In this document: positions 45,520 to 54,193 of the stretch, piece after piece
Numbering within the stretch: position 1 is the first letter of the stretch
Layout: each line of letters starts with the position of its first letter
Assembly: GCA_965248475.1 (NCBI GenBank)
Contig: OZ252106.1
Span: forward strand, 20,746 to 84,745
Length of the DNA: 64,000 nt
DNA from: Dehalococcoidia bacterium
Lineage (GTDB): Bacteria > Chloroflexota > Dehalococcoidia > Lucifugimonadales > G965248475
Direction: 5' to 3'
Notes under the pieces: generated by a model
What the model was told of the DNA's origin: nothing
The model's input: only the letters and a program-made list of their open reading frames with translations
Databases searched by the model: none
Position numbers and translations under genes: made by a program

Positions 45520-47268
45520 TTGCCCAACACGCCGGTCAGTCGCTACGCTTGCCGTATGGGTTTCTCAGATCGACAGTTGCTCGATGCCCTCAGTCGAATG
45601 CCGTTTATCGAATCAACGGAGTTGGCGCTCATCCTGGGCGAGCCGCACGCGACCGTCCACCGCAGACTGTCCGAGTTGCTGGCCGACGGCATTGTCGGGA
45701 GAGTGAGTCACGGCACCGTGCATCTGCCGTCGAGCGGGAGATACTGCCTGACGGCGAAGGGCATCAGGCAGGCCGCCGGGATTCTCGGCTTTGGCACGCC
45801 CTCGGACTTCGTACGGGCCTATCCCGTGTCCAGGGAGTGGCTGACGCTGCTCATTCGCCGGATGGACGCGGTGGCCGCCATCTACCGATTGGCCTCGTCA
45901 CTCTCCCCCGGCAGTGACGGACTGCGTACTCACGTGGAGTTCCATCGCAGGGGTCGCTTCGACGCCAACATCACCCTCCACGATGGCCGCAGCTTCGGCG
46001 TGGTGCGCCAGGGTCTGGCCCTGCGGCGGCGGTCGCTCTACGACCGGCTGAGGGCCATAGCGGAGTACGACTACCGGCGCCGCCCCGACATCGTTCTGAT
46101 CATCGTGCCCAGCGTCTGGGAGCAGAGGTTGACGACGCGGTTCTGCGAGCAACGGGATCTCCGCGACTGCTTCGTCGCCGTGGAGTCCAGGGAGGCGCTG
46201 GAGAGACGAGGCGGCCGCGTCTGGCAGAGTGTCTCGGTCCTGATTGGAGGGCGGCACCGCACGCTGGAGGGCGTCATCTCCCAGGCCAGCCCTGGCGGAA
46301 GGAGTCGAGCGGCGTCGCCGAGTCGGAAGCGGGCGTCGCTGCCCCGTCCCGAGCGGATGGTGCAGGCTGCGCCAACCTTCGGCATCAGCCCTTCAGAGAA
46401 GCGGGTGCTCGACCTTATCACAGACCACCCGATGATCCCACGGGAACACCTGGCTCGCTGGCTTGGGGTCTCCGAGGGGCGGGTCAGCCAGACGATGCAC
46501 AGCCTCGTCGATACATGGGGCCTAGTGGAGCGACGAGGACGACGCGGAGACACACGCTACACCCTGTCTGCTGAGGGAATACGCTACATCACCCACCGAG
46601 ACCGTGCTCAGCTCCCGACCACGCGGGCCATCTGGAGCACGGCTCTCACAACAGATCGTCAGGGCAGAAGACGGCACGTGGGCCACCGGATCGACACGTG
46701 GGCGCGGCAGACGAGGCACGCCGACGGCATCACATGGTTCCTCTCAAAGCTGGAAGCCGAGGCGAGGACCGACCCTGACAGCGAGCTCCTGTGGTCCGTC
46801 CCCACCGCCAGGTCCGACCGGGCCTACAACTGGGGCGATTCGGCCATCGCACCCGACGCCGTGGGGCACTTGGTCGCAGGGGGCCTTCACGTGCCGTTCT
46901 CCCTGGAGTACGAGCTTCGTGCCCGTCACCCCGAGGGAGTTATTGCCTGCCTGAGTCCCTACATGAGCTACTACTGGTCCACCGAGCCGGGCGAAGACCA
47001 GCCACCGTTCCCCACCACCCTCTTCGTCGTGGACACTGAGGAGGTCGAGGCCACCTACGTGCGCACGGCGTCCCAGTTGGCCACCATGTCGCTGCCCATC
47101 CTCGTGTCCTGCCGGCCCGTTCTGTCCACCACAGGGATACTGGGAAGGTCATGGCGTCCACTCTGGGAGCCGGAGTCCCCACGACTGGCACTGTCCGGGC
47201 TCCGACTCTACCAGTGGGACTCACTCTACCACCGGATGCGTCATCGTCCTGTAGGGGGGAATAGATAG
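45520..47268 (+). CDS. double winged-helix protein, replication-relaxation-family-like (tandem duplicated module)
   Basis: Two wHTH segments (LDALSRMPFIESTELALILGEPHATVHRRLSELLADGIV; RVLDLITDHPMIPREHLARWLGVSEGRVSQTMHSLVD), each followed by a nuclease-fold-like block. The second keeps ..IAPDAVGHL....VPFSLEYE.. Confidence 0.55.
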   Translation: MPNTPVSRYACRMGFSDRQLLDALSRMPFIESTELALILGEPHATVHRRLSELLADGIVGRVSHGTVHLPSSGRYCLTAKGIRQAAGILGFGTPSDFVRAYPVSREWLTLLIRRMDAVAAIYRLASSLSPGSDGLRTHVEFHRRGRFDANITLHDGRSFGVVRQGLALRRRSLYDRLRAIAEYDYRRRPDIVLIIVPSVWEQRLTTRFCEQRDLRDCFVAVESREALERRGGRVWQSVSVLIGGRHRTLEGVISQASPGGRSRAASPSRKRASLPRPERMVQAAPTFGISPSEKRVLDLITDHPMIPREHLARWLGVSEGRVSQTMHSLVDTWGLVERRGRRGDTRYTLSAEGIRYITHRDRAQLPTTRAIWSTALTTDRQGRRRHVGHRIDTWARQTRHADGITWFLSKLEAEARTDPDSELLWSVPTARSDRAYNWGDSAIAPDAVGHLVAGGLHVPFSLEYELRARHPEGVIACLSPYMSYYWSTEPGEDQPPFPTTLFVVDTEEVEATYVRTASQLATMSLPILVSCRPVLSTTGILGRSWRPLWEPESPRLALSGLRLYQWDSLYHRMRHRPVGGNR

Positions 47269-47822
47269 GGCCGATGCGTCCCTATCCCCCGACATGCTGT
47301 CTGGGGGCTGCAAAGTTGCCTCGACGGGGGGCTTTTCGAGGTTCGCCGGTGCCGCAAACCGCCCTATCTGCCCCTGTTTTAGCTACGAAACGGGCCGGAA
47401 GACCCGTTGACCGGTCAGCGCTGGAAAATGCAAATGATTGGGAAGCTGTGCTAAACTACGATGCCTCTCCTACGACGACTTGTTTGCACTCTTGCAGCCG
47501 TTGACGTGTCAGCATGTAGCGAGGAAACAGCTATGGATGAACCTGTCCGGCTGGTCGGCACAGCTGATCCGGGCGGGATTTGGCGTGTCGGCGGCGTCCG
47601 CGGCCCAGTGTGGCCCATCGGTTTTGCGGCGAAACGATGTCGGGGTGCGTGACATGATTTTGGGGCATGGGTAGGAACGGACATCCCGGGCCAGCCAGCT
47701 AACGCTTTCTGCCACATTCGGAGTGTACTGACCGAAATCTGTTAGCAGTACCTGTAAAGGGCTGGTTCCACCGAAAAATGGATGGAATTGCTAAAGCGGG
47801 CCACCCCCTGTAGAAAACGGAA

Positions 47823-48305
47823 ATGACTCCTGGGAAGCCAAAGAGCAACGGCGGGCCAGCATTGCGGGCCGACGACAGTCAGCCCGACCTCAAGTGGGTT
47901 GTGGAGTGGCTCGTTGAGCGGGAGGGACAGCGCCGGACGGCGGCCCTCCTGGGAGTGAACCGCAAGACAGTGGTGCTGGCCCTGCGCCGGGAGCGACTGA
48001 CGGGCAGGATGACCCTGGCCGTGCAGCGACTCATGGCCAACCTGGACGACCCCGGATGGGAGAGAACGACGCCACTGGACCGGTTGGAGGCGAGGATGAG
48101 GCTGGCGATTGAAGCCGTGGACGATCTGGCTAGGCTCGTGGAGCGTCTGACCCGGCGCGTGGAGGCCCTGGAGGCGGCTCGGCAACCCGAAGACGACGTT
48201 GGAGACCAGGCGGCGAATGCGCCCGAGTCCGAGGGCCGGGTTCTGCGTCTGTTCAACTGGAGGCGGAGGCGCTATCCACGTAGCGAGGAAAAGAGAGATG
48301 GATGA
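47823..48305 (+). CDS. hypothetical HTH/coiled-coil protein
   Basis: ORF with an HTH-like segment (RTAALLGVNRKTVVLALRR) and a coiled-coil tail. It overlaps the next start by ATGGATGA. Confidence 0.5.
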   Translation: MTPGKPKSNGGPALRADDSQPDLKWVVEWLVEREGQRRTAALLGVNRKTVVLALRRERLTGRMTLAVQRLMANLDDPGWERTTPLDRLEARMRLAIEAVDDLARLVERLTRRVEALEAARQPEDDVGDQAANAPESEGRVLRLFNWRRRRYPRSEEKRDG

Positions 48306-48787
48306 GCACGTCCGTTGGGTGACGAAAGCGGAGGCGGCGCGAGAGATGGAAATATCCCTGTCCACCCTCGACCGGAGGGATCAGGAGTGGAGAGGTCTAT
48401 GTGCGTATGCACGGGCTAGAGTACGTGGGCGACGACGAACTGCTGCGTCGATCCCTTGGTCGGGAGGACAAGCTTCAGCGGACGGCACGGGAGTTGGATA
48501 GGACAGTCACAGAGTCGGAGCGGGAGCGAGACGTGGCCAGGGAAGCGGCGTTAGCCAGCAGACAGGCGCAGAAGGAGATGGAGGAGGCGTACCGAAAGGA
48601 GCGGGCAGCCCACGGCGAGGACGAGACGAAGGGCTATCAGGCTCGGCCTCGCCGTGGGCTGCCCGCTCCTCGTCATCTGCGGTCTGCTCACCTGGCGGCT
48701 GCTTGCGTGAGAATTGACCGACGAGTCTTGACTCGTTCACGTGTGAAGGATAGAATGACTCGTAGAGCCTCTATTCATGACTCATAA
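48301..48787 (+). pseudogene. excisionase/MerR-type HTH (Xis-like) gene with apparent +1 frameshift near 48377
   Basis: MDEHVRWVTKAEAAREMEISLSTLDRR then changes frame. The sequence reads ..IRSGEVYVRMHGLEYVGDDELLRR.. in the frame of ORF 48401..48787, which is the usual continuation of such HTH proteins. Confidence 0.5.
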
Positions 48788-48797
48788 GGAGCGTGAT

Positions 48798-49061
48798 ATG
48801 AACCAACTGACGGTCAGAGGATTCGACGACGAACTGAGCGCCGTAATGCACGGCCTCGCCAAGCGGGAAGGAATCTCCCTGAACCAGGCCGCCCTAAGGC
48901 TCCTAAGGAAGGGTGCCGGAATAACGGATAGCAAGAGAAACCCGAACGCCATAGGGTCTTCGTTGGACGACCTGTTCGGCGTATGGAGCCGGGATGAGGC
49001 GGAGAGCTTCGATAGCGCTCTTGAGGTATTCGAGACCGTGGACGAGGCAGCGTGGGCATGA
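48798..49061 (+). CDS. RHH/Arc-type antitoxin
   Basis: MNQLTVRGFDDELSAVMHGLAKREGISLNQAALRLL is a FitA/VapB-like pattern. AAGGAG lies before ATG 48798. It overlaps the PIN gene. Confidence 0.75.
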   Translation: MNQLTVRGFDDELSAVMHGLAKREGISLNQAALRLLRKGAGITDSKRNPNAIGSSLDDLFGVWSRDEAESFDSALEVFETVDEAAWA

Positions 49062-49456
49062 GGATTCTGCTGGACTCCAATGCCTATTCCGCATTCATGC
49101 GGGGCAACGAGGAAGTGAGAGACCTGATACAGGCCGCTGAGGAGGTGTTGTTCTCCGCTATTTTGGTGGGCGAACAGCTATTCGGCTTCCGGCAAGGAGC
49201 GTACTACGAGCGGAACCTTACGGAACTTCGATCCTTTCTCGAACGTCCCTACGTGTCCTTCGTTCCTGTAGGCCCGGTGACTGCTGACCGCTACTCTAGG
49301 GTAATGACTGCGCTAAAGGCGAAGGGGCGGCCAATTCCGACAAACGACGTCTGGATTGCGGCCCACGCAATGGAGACAGGGGCTGACCTTGTGTCGGCCG
49401 ACGGACACTTCGAGCACGTTGATGGGATTGTGTGGATACCAGTCACGACCAACTGA
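49052..49456 (+). CDS. vapC: PIN-domain toxin
   Basis: ILLDSNAYSAF.., ..VGEQLFG.., ..IPTNDVWIAAHA.., ..LVSADGHFEHV.. Confidence 0.8.
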   Translation: MGMRILLDSNAYSAFMRGNEEVRDLIQAAEEVLFSAILVGEQLFGFRQGAYYERNLTELRSFLERPYVSFVPVGPVTADRYSRVMTALKAKGRPIPTNDVWIAAHAMETGADLVSADGHFEHVDGIVWIPVTTN

Positions 49457-50046
49457 AACTAAGGAGGACAGCATGAAGAAGCACCTACAGCCACTCACGC
49501 CAGCAGCACTCTACGCCAGAGTGTCCAGCGACAGACAGGACGTGGACCTGTCCGTGTCCGCCCAGCTACGGGGGCTCAAGGACTACGCCAGGGCCAACGG
49601 CTACTCCGTCGCCCGCCAGTACATAGACGAGGCCGAGAGCGGCCGCGTCGCAGACAGACCCCAGTTCAGGGAGATGATCGAGGAGGGCAGTAAGGCGAAG
49701 GCCCCCTTCGACGTGATTCTCGTCTGGAAATTCTCCCGCTTCACCAGGAAGCGGGAGCACGCCGTCGCCTTCAAGTCCATGCTGCGGAGGAAGGGTATCA
49801 GAGTAGTCTCTATCACCGAGCAGGCCGAGGACAACGCCACGGGCAGGCTGCTTGAGGGAATCATCGAGAGCGTCGATGAGTTCTACAGCGAAAATTTAGC
49901 GCAGGAGGTCGTCCGTGGTATGCGGGAAGCCGCATCACGAGGCTTCTTCCTCGGCTCCAAGGCCCCCTTCGGCTACAGGCGGGTCAAGGTCAATGACGGA
50001 GCCAAGGAGCGTCCCACTCTGGACGTGGACCCTACCGCCGCTCCTA

Positions 50047-50080
50047 TAGTGAAGGGAATCTTCTAGTGAAGGGAATCTTC
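50047..50080 (+). repeat. perfect tandem duplication 2 x 17 bp (TAGTGAAGGGAATCTTC)
   Basis: Read directly: cctaTAGTGAAGGGAATCTTCTAGTGAAGGGAATCTTCgagagc. Confidence 0.95.
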
Positions 50081-51028
50081 GAGAGCTCCCTGCGTAGCAA
50101 CCGCCTCAAGGAGATATGCAGGGAGCTGAACGACCGGGGCATCACCAATAGGGGAAGACGCTGGTACAAGGGTGGACTCCACTACCTGCTGACCAACGAA
50201 GCCTACACCGGCGCAGCCGTCTGGGGCCGCACGTCGAAGGGAGAGAAGGCCCAGGACCCGGTAAGTGTGGAGGGAGCGTGGCCCGCCCTGGTATCCAGAG
50301 AGCTGTTCGTCGCCGTTCAGCAGGCGATGAGTGAGCGTGCCCCGAAGGTGCAGAGACCCGCGAGGGTTGGGAGCAGGTTCCTGCTGAGCGGTTTGCTGAA
50401 GTGTGGAGTGTGCGGCAGGCCCTACTCCGGCCAGGGGGCCAAGAGCGGCCAGTTCGCTTATTACATCTGCGGCACCCTGTTCACGGAGGGCGCAGGGACG
50501 TGCAGCGCCCGCTACCTGAACGCTCCCAGGGTGGAGGAGTTCGTGGTGGAGAAGATCAGGGAGCGGATTCTGACCGAGGAGACCATCGTTGAGTTGGTGA
50601 CGTTGGTGGCCGAGGAGATAGACGCCATGGCCGGGGAGCTATCCGGCAGGCTAGAGGTCGTAGAGGCTGAGCTATCCGATGTGAGGAAGCGTCTTGAGCG
50701 GCTCTACGAGGCCATTGAGACCAGCGAGCTGACGTTGGAGGTCCTGTCGCCCCGCATCCTGTCTCTGAGGCACCGCGAGGAGCAGCTGGAGGCTGCGCGA
50801 GACGATGCCGAGCGCCAGCTTGAGCAGAGGAGAGTGGAGCTGCCTAACACCGAGGAGATCAAGGGGTACGTGGCGGACTTCCGGGAGTTCTTGCAAGAAG
50901 GGACGTTCCCTGAGCGCAAGGCGCTCATCCGCAACTTCGTGGAGGGCATCGAGGTGGTTGGAGACGAGGCCACACTGACGTACACCATCCCCATGCCGAA
51001 CGATGGTGTGACCTCGGAATCGGCCTCG

Positions 51029-51058
51029 GTTCTTGATTTCGTCAAGTCCGGCCCACCA
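51029..51058 (+). repeat. attR: element arm GTTCTTGATTTCGTCAAGTCCGG plus core GGCCCACCA
   Basis: Read directly. It lies in the last codons of the recombinase gene, and the stop codon TGA follows the core. Confidence 0.7.
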
Positions 51059-51400
51059 TGACGTACCGAACTGCGAACTCGCCCGTTTAGGGCGACCTCT
51101 GCAGTGTCCGCTCCACCTATGGGAGAGTCCTCCGGCGTAGGTATGGAGTAGACGATAGCAGCCTTGCCGGGCTTGACTTCGATCTCCTTGACGAAGGAGC
51201 GGACGAACGCCCTGGCCTGAGTCAGCTCGCTGGTCTCGACTCCCATCCTTTAGGTAGACGAAGCGAGAAAGCAGGTTGGTCCGCCAAGCCCGGCGCTTCG
51301 ACCAATGCCCAGTCGGGCGATGGCTGTGCGGCAAGTGCCTGTTCGATAGCCTGGGGCAACTGAATCCGACTGTCAGCATCCAACTGCTGCACGGCGGCTG
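51059..51400 (-). pseudogene. 3' remnant of a third large serine recombinase (5'-truncated, frameshifted)
   Basis: Minus strand reads ..ETSELTQARAFVRSFVKEIEVKPGKAAIVYSIPTPEDSPIGGADTAEVALNGRVRSSVRHGG. This is colinear with the C terminus of the 1..1163 protein (SELTERRAFIESFVKEVVVMPGNAVVRYTIPMPDDSPIPG..ALNGSVLSTVKFGG). An upstream piece (..QQLDADSRIQLPQ..) is in another frame. Confidence 0.6.
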
Positions 51401-51444
51401 AAGGTGTGCCCACCTGAATTCCCGTCCCGCCACACCACTGTCTG

Positions 51445-52407
51445 CTAGCGCTCTGCGTGGCCTCCCTTCTTCTCCAAAGCACCGCGTACTAGAGTTCCAA
51501 CTGTGGGGTCCGTCATGATCCCCCGCGAAAGCTCCCCCGACTCTAGCCAGAACGACCGCACGACGGACGTGCCATCCGCGAGCCGGAACCCTAGGAAGTA
51601 TCTCTCCCCTTCATGGTCGCGCCGGTCCTGGTCCACGAGCGATGCGAGGACCGCTTCGACGGCACGGTTGACTGAGGACTCCTGATCTATTGTGGCAAGC
51701 ACCGTGGCTGCGTCCTCTTCACTGAGGACGTCGATGGCAGTGACCTTGCCTCGGATGTCCAGAAGGTCCTCACCGGTCTTGGCCTGCGGATTGGTGTCCG
51801 CTTCGTAGATCGTGACTGCACCGTGCTCCAACGTCGCCAGTCGAAACTTGGGCGAGTATCCCTTGACTGCATACACCAGCGTGCCCGGACTGAGATAGGT
51901 CGCATCGCCGTCCTGGTATTGATAGTTGGACCCGACGTGGTCGTCGCCCCTGAAGGCCACCCGGTACCGTTCCGCAAAGTCTTCGACCGTGAGAACGTTG
52001 CTGTCCAACGTCCAGGCCTGCACGTACCTAATGCCCCCGAACTGGACAAGAGGGACCCACTCGATCACTACGCGCGGGTTGGGTTGGGGCTCGTCGTCGC
52101 TTTGAATGCCATCCATGATGCGCGCCATGGTTGTGTCATCCGCGAATACCGCGTCCAGACGGCTCGGGCCGCCGTTGCGTCCGTCGTGCCGTTCGATGAT
52201 CCGCCCCTCGCCGTCGACCACAGCCTGGGAGCCAGATGGAACGTGGGTGACGTAGGCGACCTTCCCAGCCCCGTCGGGCGACTGGCCTTTCACGAACGCC
52301 ACGACAACGCCCGATCCGAGATCGAGCCTATAGGCTACGGGGGCGGTTGTAGGGGATGATTCGTTGCTTCCGCAGGCCGCCAGCCCAAGGGCCAGTAGTG
52401 CAAACAA
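51445..52407 (-). CDS. hypothetical lipoprotein
   Basis: ..LFALLALGLAACGSNE lipobox. No recognisable domain. The start is uncertain (TTG 52407, or further upstream giving (M)TRLLAILFALL..). Confidence 0.55.
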   Translation of the reverse strand: MFALLALGLAACGSNESSPTTAPVAYRLDLGSGVVVAFVKGQSPDGAGKVAYVTHVPSGSQAVVDGEGRIIERHDGRNGGPSRLDAVFADDTTMARIMDGIQSDDEPQPNPRVVIEWVPLVQFGGIRYVQAWTLDSNVLTVEDFAERYRVAFRGDDHVGSNYQYQDGDATYLSPGTLVYAVKGYSPKFRLATLEHGAVTIYEADTNPQAKTGEDLLDIRGKVTAIDVLSEEDAATVLATIDQESSVNRAVEAVLASLVDQDRRDHEGERYFLGFRLADGTSVVRSFWLESGELSRGIMTDPTVGTLVRGALEKKGGHAER

Positions 52408-52620
52408 GATGGCCAGTAAACGTGTCAGGGCGCACCTCCCTCAATAGGAGATTTCTCCATTCTCACATAATAAGACGCCACTTTCGTCAAAAAAGTTCCC
52501 ACTGTTCTTCTGATTATCTAAGCCGGGATTTCCCATATTGGGAGTCTTCAGGCTCAACGGGCAGCCCAAACGAGATAGTTGCGTCATAGTCAGGTCCTGC
52601 AAGGCCAGTCAATGGTCGGT

Positions 52621-53265
52621 CTATCCGAGTACGTTCCCCGCACGCAGCATCGTGCCCTCGCAGTCACCGAACTGGTTGAACACGAACAAAGGGTGATAGC
52701 ACGTGCTCCCAAAGTGACCGTTGTACGACGATCCCTCCCGTTCTCCATGTACCGGACTCTCCGAACTGTCCATGTCCAAGATCACCCGCCGGTGCGGCGT
52801 GCGGGACATAGCTCCGTCCACCCACTTAGCGTTCAGTTGGCCCAACCCTTCCACGTTGCTGTCTTGCGTAAGTACCTCGGTCTCAAACCGGCTCATGGCG
52901 CTCGCGCTCGCCGCCGGTCTGTCTATGCCTCGGTCTCCAACGACTACCCGCATCGTCGGATCGTCGGCCAGCCGTTCAGCGTCGTTGGTATCCTCGTAGC
53001 CCGCCAGACGACTGTACACCGACTGCCTGAGAAGGCCCACCAATCGGTGCTGCACGTTACGACCGCCCCGAGTCTCCTGCAAACACTCACTGGCCGTCTC
53101 CGTCAGTCCCAGCGCATCATCCAACTCGCGACAGGCCAACAGTCCGGCATCTGAGGTAATGGTGGCACCGTGGAACTCCAACCGTATACGTCGGTCGAAA
53201 CGGGGCTTGGCGCAGACGTTCGTGCTTTCACCCATTGGGTGCCTCCAGAGTAGGTACGTTATCAA
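52621..53265 (-). pseudogene. IS1380-family transposase, N-terminal fragment only
   Basis: ..ITSDAGLLACRELDDALGL..LLRQSVYSRLAGYEDTNDAERL..DP....V......AS.SAMSRFE.. is the conserved IS1380 N-terminal region. The ORF ends after ~214 aa with no DDE C-terminal half and no terminal repeats seen. Confidence 0.7.
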
Positions 53266-53432
53266 GAACTAAAGTAGTAGATCACGACCAGTCTAGCACT
53301 CATGATAAGCACTACGCTCTGCTATGCGGCTACATCAGGTAGCTCTGTTGCTGATTACGGCAAGCCATGCAGGGTTGATATGGGAAATGTGGGATGAAGT
53401 GTCTGCAGGGGAGCTTCTCGGCTCAATTGAAC

Positions 53433-54193
53433 TCATCGCGTACGACTCCCTACTTTCGCTCCTGCCTGTGGTAAGGACTGCCTATACGCCCCAGTCGTCC
53501 CAGTACCCATTGTTCTTTTTCCCTTTCTGATCAATCCACGGGTACTTGTAGATTGGCAAACACCCAATAAGACAATATTGAACCGTGCCCTGAGTGAACG
53601 CCGTATAGAACGTAGAAGCAAGATAAGTGGAGCCACTGCTATGACCCTTGTAGCTCCAGGGCCAATTCGCGGGTCCACCGCGCGTCCGGTATCCACTGTC
53701 GACGGTCGATACCGTGTAGCATCAATTAATCTTTTGCCAGTATTGCCGAAAGATCCCTTGGCTGACTGTGAGCTTCCTCCACGTCCAAGTGCAAGAATCC
53801 CCCCATTCCCATTCGAGACCTTTCGTGAAGCGGCCACTGGCACCCCCGCCGCACCTTCCCCTGTAGTTACCTCGTAAGTGATCGGCGTCTTCCTTACGAG
53901 GTCTTCGATAGCCGCCTGGGCTTCGCGGGGCAACTCGGCGAAAGCGGCCTGCGCACCATCACCCTTCTGCTGCAACTCTTCTGCTGCAACTCTTCGATAG
54001 TGTGGATGATGACTTCAGGATCGGACCAGTCTACTTCCGCTCCGACTTCCGCTCCGGCGGCCGCTCCGGCAGGCACAGCTATCATCGCGAGCACTATTGC
54101 AATCGCCATAACGCCACAGAATACGCCTAGCCGCTTCTTGTTCATCGTACCCCCTCCGTTATGCCTAGCTAGTAATGCCCTAACACCGCGCAA
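53433..54193 (-). pseudogene. secreted hypothetical protein disrupted by a 14-bp tandem duplication (53965..53992)
   Basis: The signal peptide ORF (MNKKRLGVFCGVMAIAIVLAMIAVPAGA..) ends soon after ttctgctgcaactc ttctgctgcaactc. Removing one copy joins it to ORF 53433..53975 (..IEELQQKGDGAQAAFAELPREAQAAIEDL..). The distal part still looks degenerate. Confidence 0.4.

Larger units (their letters stand above)
39183..51058 (+). mobile_element. integrated ~11.9-kb genomic island (serine-recombinase type) with defence/TA cargo, probably immobilised
   Basis: The direct repeat GGCCCACCA occurs at both ends. 23-bp terminal inverted repeats sit just inside. The recombinase is at the right end. Cargo is accessory only. 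The mosaic repeats are absent. Confidence 0.7.
49473..51061 (+). pseudogene. large serine recombinase (island integrase) interrupted by a 17-bp tandem duplication
   Basis: Resolvase domain with YARVSSDRQ catalytic Ser region, then stop TAG at 50064. The ORF resumes in another frame (50066..51061) with recombinase, zinc-ribbon and coiled-coil domains. Removing one repeat copy restores ..APIVKGIFESSLRS... AAGGAGGA lies before ATG 49473. Confidence 0.85.
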
